From a virus (taxonomy: Duplodnaviria; Caudoviricetes), in IMG/VR virus record IMGVR_UViG_3300048762_000435, positions 1-26,893 of that record: DNA of 26,893 nucleotides, one strand, 5' to 3'. Below the pieces are notes generated by a model. It was not told the DNA's origin. It saw only the letters and a program-made list of their open reading frames with translations, and made no database searches. The position numbers were made by a program, and so were the translations under genes. This document shows positions 24,085 to 26,893 of this stretch, piece by piece. Numbering within the stretch: the first letter of the stretch is position 1; every line of letters starts with the position of its first letter.

Positions 24085-24609
24085 ATGAAAAATAAATCCA
24101 AATTCACGCTGGCCGGCCTGTTGCTGGTTTGCTTCATCATCAGCCTGCTCGCGCTGTGCGCACTGCCGGCCTGGTCTCAACCGACGACGCTGACCTATGC
24201 CAACGGCGCGCCGAACTTTGTCACGCCGGACACGAACGCATTTCCGCTGACTCTGGCCGCCTCGGCGGGGACGAACTACACCGCCAACGGCACCAACAGC
24301 CTGGACAAGACGCTCCGCCAGGATCACGGCGTGTCCGCTTTTGTGACTGTCATCAGCACCAACGCCTCGGCTACCACCGTCACGCTGGGCTGGGATGTGA
24401 CGGAAGATGGTACGTCCTACACCACCACACGGCCGATCCAGTGGGCTGTGCCTGCAAACTTCGTAGGCACAAACACGTACTGGACCAACTGGTCCAGCCT
24501 GCAGGTCAACAATTTGCGCCAGATGCAGCTCACGCTGGCCACTAACAACAGCGCATACACCGTCAAGCTCATTAACTTCCAGTATTCGCAGTCCGGCAAT
24601 CAACCGTAA
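24085..24609 (+). CDS. Signal-peptide-bearing Thr/Asn-rich beta-sandwich-like protein
   Basis: MKNKSK + long hydrophobic core + PAWS-Q cleavage-like site; VTLGWDVTEDGTSY motif. Confidence 0.75.
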   Translation: MKNKSKFTLAGLLLVCFIISLLALCALPAWSQPTTLTYANGAPNFVTPDTNAFPLTLAASAGTNYTANGTNSLDKTLRQDHGVSAFVTVISTNASATTVTLGWDVTEDGTSYTTTRPIQWAVPANFVGTNTYWTNWSSLQVNNLRQMQLTLATNNSAYTVKLINFQYSQSGNQP

Positions 24610-24657
24610 CCAAACATCCGCAGAAATTTAAAAACTGAAAAATCAAAAAAAACCAAT

Positions 24658-24870
24658 ATGGCAAAACTCAAAATCCGCACGCCCGTTGTGATCAAGGGCA
24701 AACTCCACCACAAAATCGGCTCCATCGTCGAAGTCACCGACGCGGAATCAAAAATGCTCGTTGCTGGCGGGTGGGCCGAAAAGGTCAACGCCGATACTCC
24801 GGCGGACAAGGGCGTCACCATTGACGCCTCCGCCATCAAGGAGGAGGAAGAAAAAAAGGCGAAGGAGTAG
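24658..24870 (+). CDS. Small head-associated protein (Mu gp35-like position)
   Basis: GSIVEVTDAESKMLVAGGWAE pattern common in small post-MCP proteins. Confidence 0.65.
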   Translation: MAKLKIRTPVVIKGKLHHKIGSIVEVTDAESKMLVAGGWAEKVNADTPADKGVTIDASAIKEEEEKKAKE

Positions 24871-24921
24871 TACCTCACCGGGAGCGTCGCGCGATCGCGC
24901 GCGGCGCTCCCACTTTAAACC

Positions 24922-25335
24922 ATGTCCAACGCATACAGCTTCACCAACGGCAACCTGCAGCTCTCGGCTGACAAGGTGGCGCAGTTCACCGCGGCCCTGG
25001 CGACGACGGAAGTTGCCGACCCGCTGCAGCAGCTCTGCGATGAAGCCGCAGCGGACGTGGCCCGGCTCACGGCCGGCTATATCCTGGATGCCACCAGCAT
25101 CTCGAATTTCATCCGCGCCCTGGCCGTCTATAACGCCTACCTCAATTCTGGAACGCCATCGCCGGAAGACGTGTCCACGCGCTTCAAAAGCGTCTGGAAT
25201 GAACTGCAATCCATTGCCCGCGGCGACCGGCCGAACCTGCCCAAGGTAGCCGACGCCGCCCTGGCCTCCCGCGCCGGTGCGGCCGGCAGCGCGCCCCTGA
25301 TCCATGGCCGGATGCAACGCGACCGCCTGTACTGA
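24922..25335 (+). CDS. Head-tail adaptor (Mu gp36 / DUF1320-like)
   Basis: DEAAADV.....GY.L...RALAVY...RFK.....LQSIARG...L. Confidence 0.8.
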   Translation: MSNAYSFTNGNLQLSADKVAQFTAALATTEVADPLQQLCDEAAADVARLTAGYILDATSISNFIRALAVYNAYLNSGTPSPEDVSTRFKSVWNELQSIARGDRPNLPKVADAALASRAGAAGSAPLIHGRMQRDRLY

Positions 25336-25345
25336 CAACAGGAAA

Positions 25346-25370
25346 AAAGCTGAAAAGCTGAAATTGGGAA
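25346..25370 (+). repeat. Octamer array (AAAGCTGA)2-AATTGGGAA
   Basis: Seen directly; related array at 26772-26812. Confidence 0.7.
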
Positions 25371-25386
25371 CCGCGAACAAACATAT

Positions 25387-25923
25387 ATGACCCCAGCCAC
25401 CAATCATCGCCAGGCCAGCAGCGCCATCATCACCGCGCTACAGACCAACATCGCAGCGGTGACGCTCGCCGATGGTGTCACGAAGGCGTTTGACCGGGTA
25501 GAGCTTTTCGACAGCGAGAATCTGCCGGCGGCATTCCAGTACCTGCTCATTTCCCAACAGCGCGTGTGCGTCATCGTTGCCCTTGACGAAAAATTTCCGC
25601 TGGTGACGCGCGGCATGAAACTCATTTTGCAGCGCGAGTTGCCGGTGGCGCTTTTGATTTCTAATCGTGTCCTGGGCGACCGCACGGCATCGCTTTTCGG
25701 CAATGCCACCACACCGGGCGCATTCGGCCTGATGGAGCTGGTCCTAACGGCCGTCACCGGACAACTGCTCCCCAATCCCTGCGGCGTGGTCTGCGAACCG
25801 TCCAGCTCCGGAGTGATCACAGTGAGCGACCCGACCAAGAAGCTGCCCAATCGCACCACGGTTTCGCTGCTCATGAATTGCCGCGGTGGCTGGCTGGAAG
25901 CCGACACGCAACAAGTTTTATAG
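25387..25923 (+). CDS. Tail terminator (Mu gp37-like)
   Basis: Position between adaptor and tube; G...LMELV..AVTG motif. Confidence 0.6.
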   Translation: MTPATNHRQASSAIITALQTNIAAVTLADGVTKAFDRVELFDSENLPAAFQYLLISQQRVCVIVALDEKFPLVTRGMKLILQRELPVALLISNRVLGDRTASLFGNATTPGAFGLMELVLTAVTGQLLPNPCGVVCEPSSSGVITVSDPTKKLPNRTTVSLLMNCRGGWLEADTQQVL

Positions 25924-25979
25924 GCCGCGCCTGGCGGTGCGGCCACCATCCACAACCAACAACAAAAACAGAACCAAAT

Positions 25980-26534
25980 ATGCAAGCTCAACCTTCCGTC
26001 ATTGCCACCGGCGACGCCCTCTATTTCGCGCCCGGCGGTCAAGCCTTCACCATCCCGGCCTCCGGCACGGTCTCGGCCAATGCCAAGCCCGGTCCCACCG
26101 ACCCGCTCTGGCTCACGTACCTCCTCGGCACGGTCAAGAAACCCACCACGGACAAATACGATGGCAAGGCCGTGGAAATCAAATCGCCCATGCCGGGCAC
26201 CGGCGTCATCGTCACCCAGAAAATCGTGCGGCCGGAACGCGGCCTCTCTATGGAAGTGGAAGTGAACGAACTGTCGCGCCTGTCGCTGGCCGGATTTTAC
26301 AAGTCGCCGCTGATCCAGATTACGGACACGTCGTTCTATCCGCTGTCCGGTCCGGGCAGCCTGGTGGGCTGGCTCAAGCGCCAGCGCTACGATGCCCTCA
26401 ATGGTGTCTATATCATTGATGACTGGTGGGTTGACCTGGACGTTACGGATCTCGCTGTCTCCGACACGAACATCATCGCGCCGAAATTCAAGTTCACCTG
26501 GCTGTACTCGCCGCTGGCCGGCTCGGCCATCTGA
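25980..26534 (+). CDS. Major tail tube protein (siphovirus-type)
   Basis: Start re-called at MQAQPS after an A/C-rich leader; W..LG.V, beta-rich, 184 aa; no sheath gene upstream. Confidence 0.7.
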   Translation: MQAQPSVIATGDALYFAPGGQAFTIPASGTVSANAKPGPTDPLWLTYLLGTVKKPTTDKYDGKAVEIKSPMPGTGVIVTQKIVRPERGLSMEVEVNELSRLSLAGFYKSPLIQITDTSFYPLSGPGSLVGWLKRQRYDALNGVYIIDDWWVDLDVTDLAVSDTNIIAPKFKFTWLYSPLAGSAI

Positions 26535-26571
26535 TCGCAACGGAAGCGAAAAAACACCAACGCAAAAGCCT

Positions 26572-26787
26572 ATGCCAAAAAATTCCGCCTTTGCCTGCGA
26601 GCAACCGCAGGGCATTGACCATCTCAATCTGCCGAAGCCGGCCGCGCCGGCGCCGGCCCAGCCGCGCACGCCGGACCATTTCACCGGCGATGTGCCGACT
26701 GAAATCAAGCCGGGGGCGCCGGCCAAGGAAAAGACCGCGCCGGTTTTCCCCGCGCCGGCCAGCCCCACTAAAACGCTGAAAAGCTGA
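26572..26787 (+). CDS. Pro/Ala-rich small protein (71 aa)
   Basis: Start MPKNSA after an A/C-rich leader. Confidence 0.5.
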   Translation: MPKNSAFACEQPQGIDHLNLPKPAAPAPAQPRTPDHFTGDVPTEIKPGAPAKEKTAPVFPAPASPTKTLKS

Positions 26788-26812
26788 AAAGCTGACATGC
26801 TGAAATTGGGAA
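26772..26812 (+). repeat. Octamer array (NNNGCTGA)4-AATTGGGAA
   Basis: AACGCTGA AAAGCTGA AAAGCTGA CATGCTGA AATTGGGAA. Confidence 0.75.
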
Positions 26813-26893
26813 GCCAAAACTAAATCAAAATCTAATCCCGCGTGGTGGGGGCGGCCCGGGGCGGGGGCCCCCCGCCAAAAACCCCGGAAAAAT

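Larger units (their letters stand above)
320..26893. mobile_element. Mu-like transposable prophage, B3/BcepMu-type layout, right part outside the window
   Basis: MuA/MuB pair, gp26/gp27/TerL/portal/gpG/gpI/MCP/gp36/gp37 synteny, divergent early and late operons. Left boundary approximate (TG dinucleotides at 320 or 328). Confidence 0.93.

Noticed and set aside
26836-26893. G/C-run hairpin at the window edge as terminator or prophage end
   Set aside because: Truncated context, no U-tract, and tape-measure and distal tail genes are still missing.

Overview
Almost the whole window (~320 to the right edge) is the left part of a transposable (Mu-like) prophage; the right end is not in the window. 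It has B3/BcepMu-type organisation: a leftward, tightly coupled early operon (RHH regulator, ParB-like protein, MuA-like transposase, MuB-like ATPase, ASCH, GemA-like, DUF2786, and an out-of-place MuF), an internal divergent switch at ~11.4-12.0 kb, and a rightward late operon (lipoproteins, DUF1353, gp25/26/27-like, TerL, portal, gpG, protease/scaffold, decoration protein, MCP, neck, tail tube; no sheath seen, so probably siphovirus-like). Bases 1-108 are the 5' end of a host AEC-family transporter, followed by a REP-like palindrome that appears cut by the prophage. The host is tentatively Verrucomicrobia (inference). Most notable: a switch made of two divergent paralogous ribbon-helix-helix proteins around three palindromic operators; two 100-bp direct repeats each holding a 35-bp palindrome; a parS-like site together with an orphan phage ParB; MuF moved to the end of the early operon; a D-E-E transposase triad; an envelope cassette with no recognisable endolysin; and a signal-peptide protein inside the head module. 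All family calls come from motifs and synteny read by eye; no searches were run.
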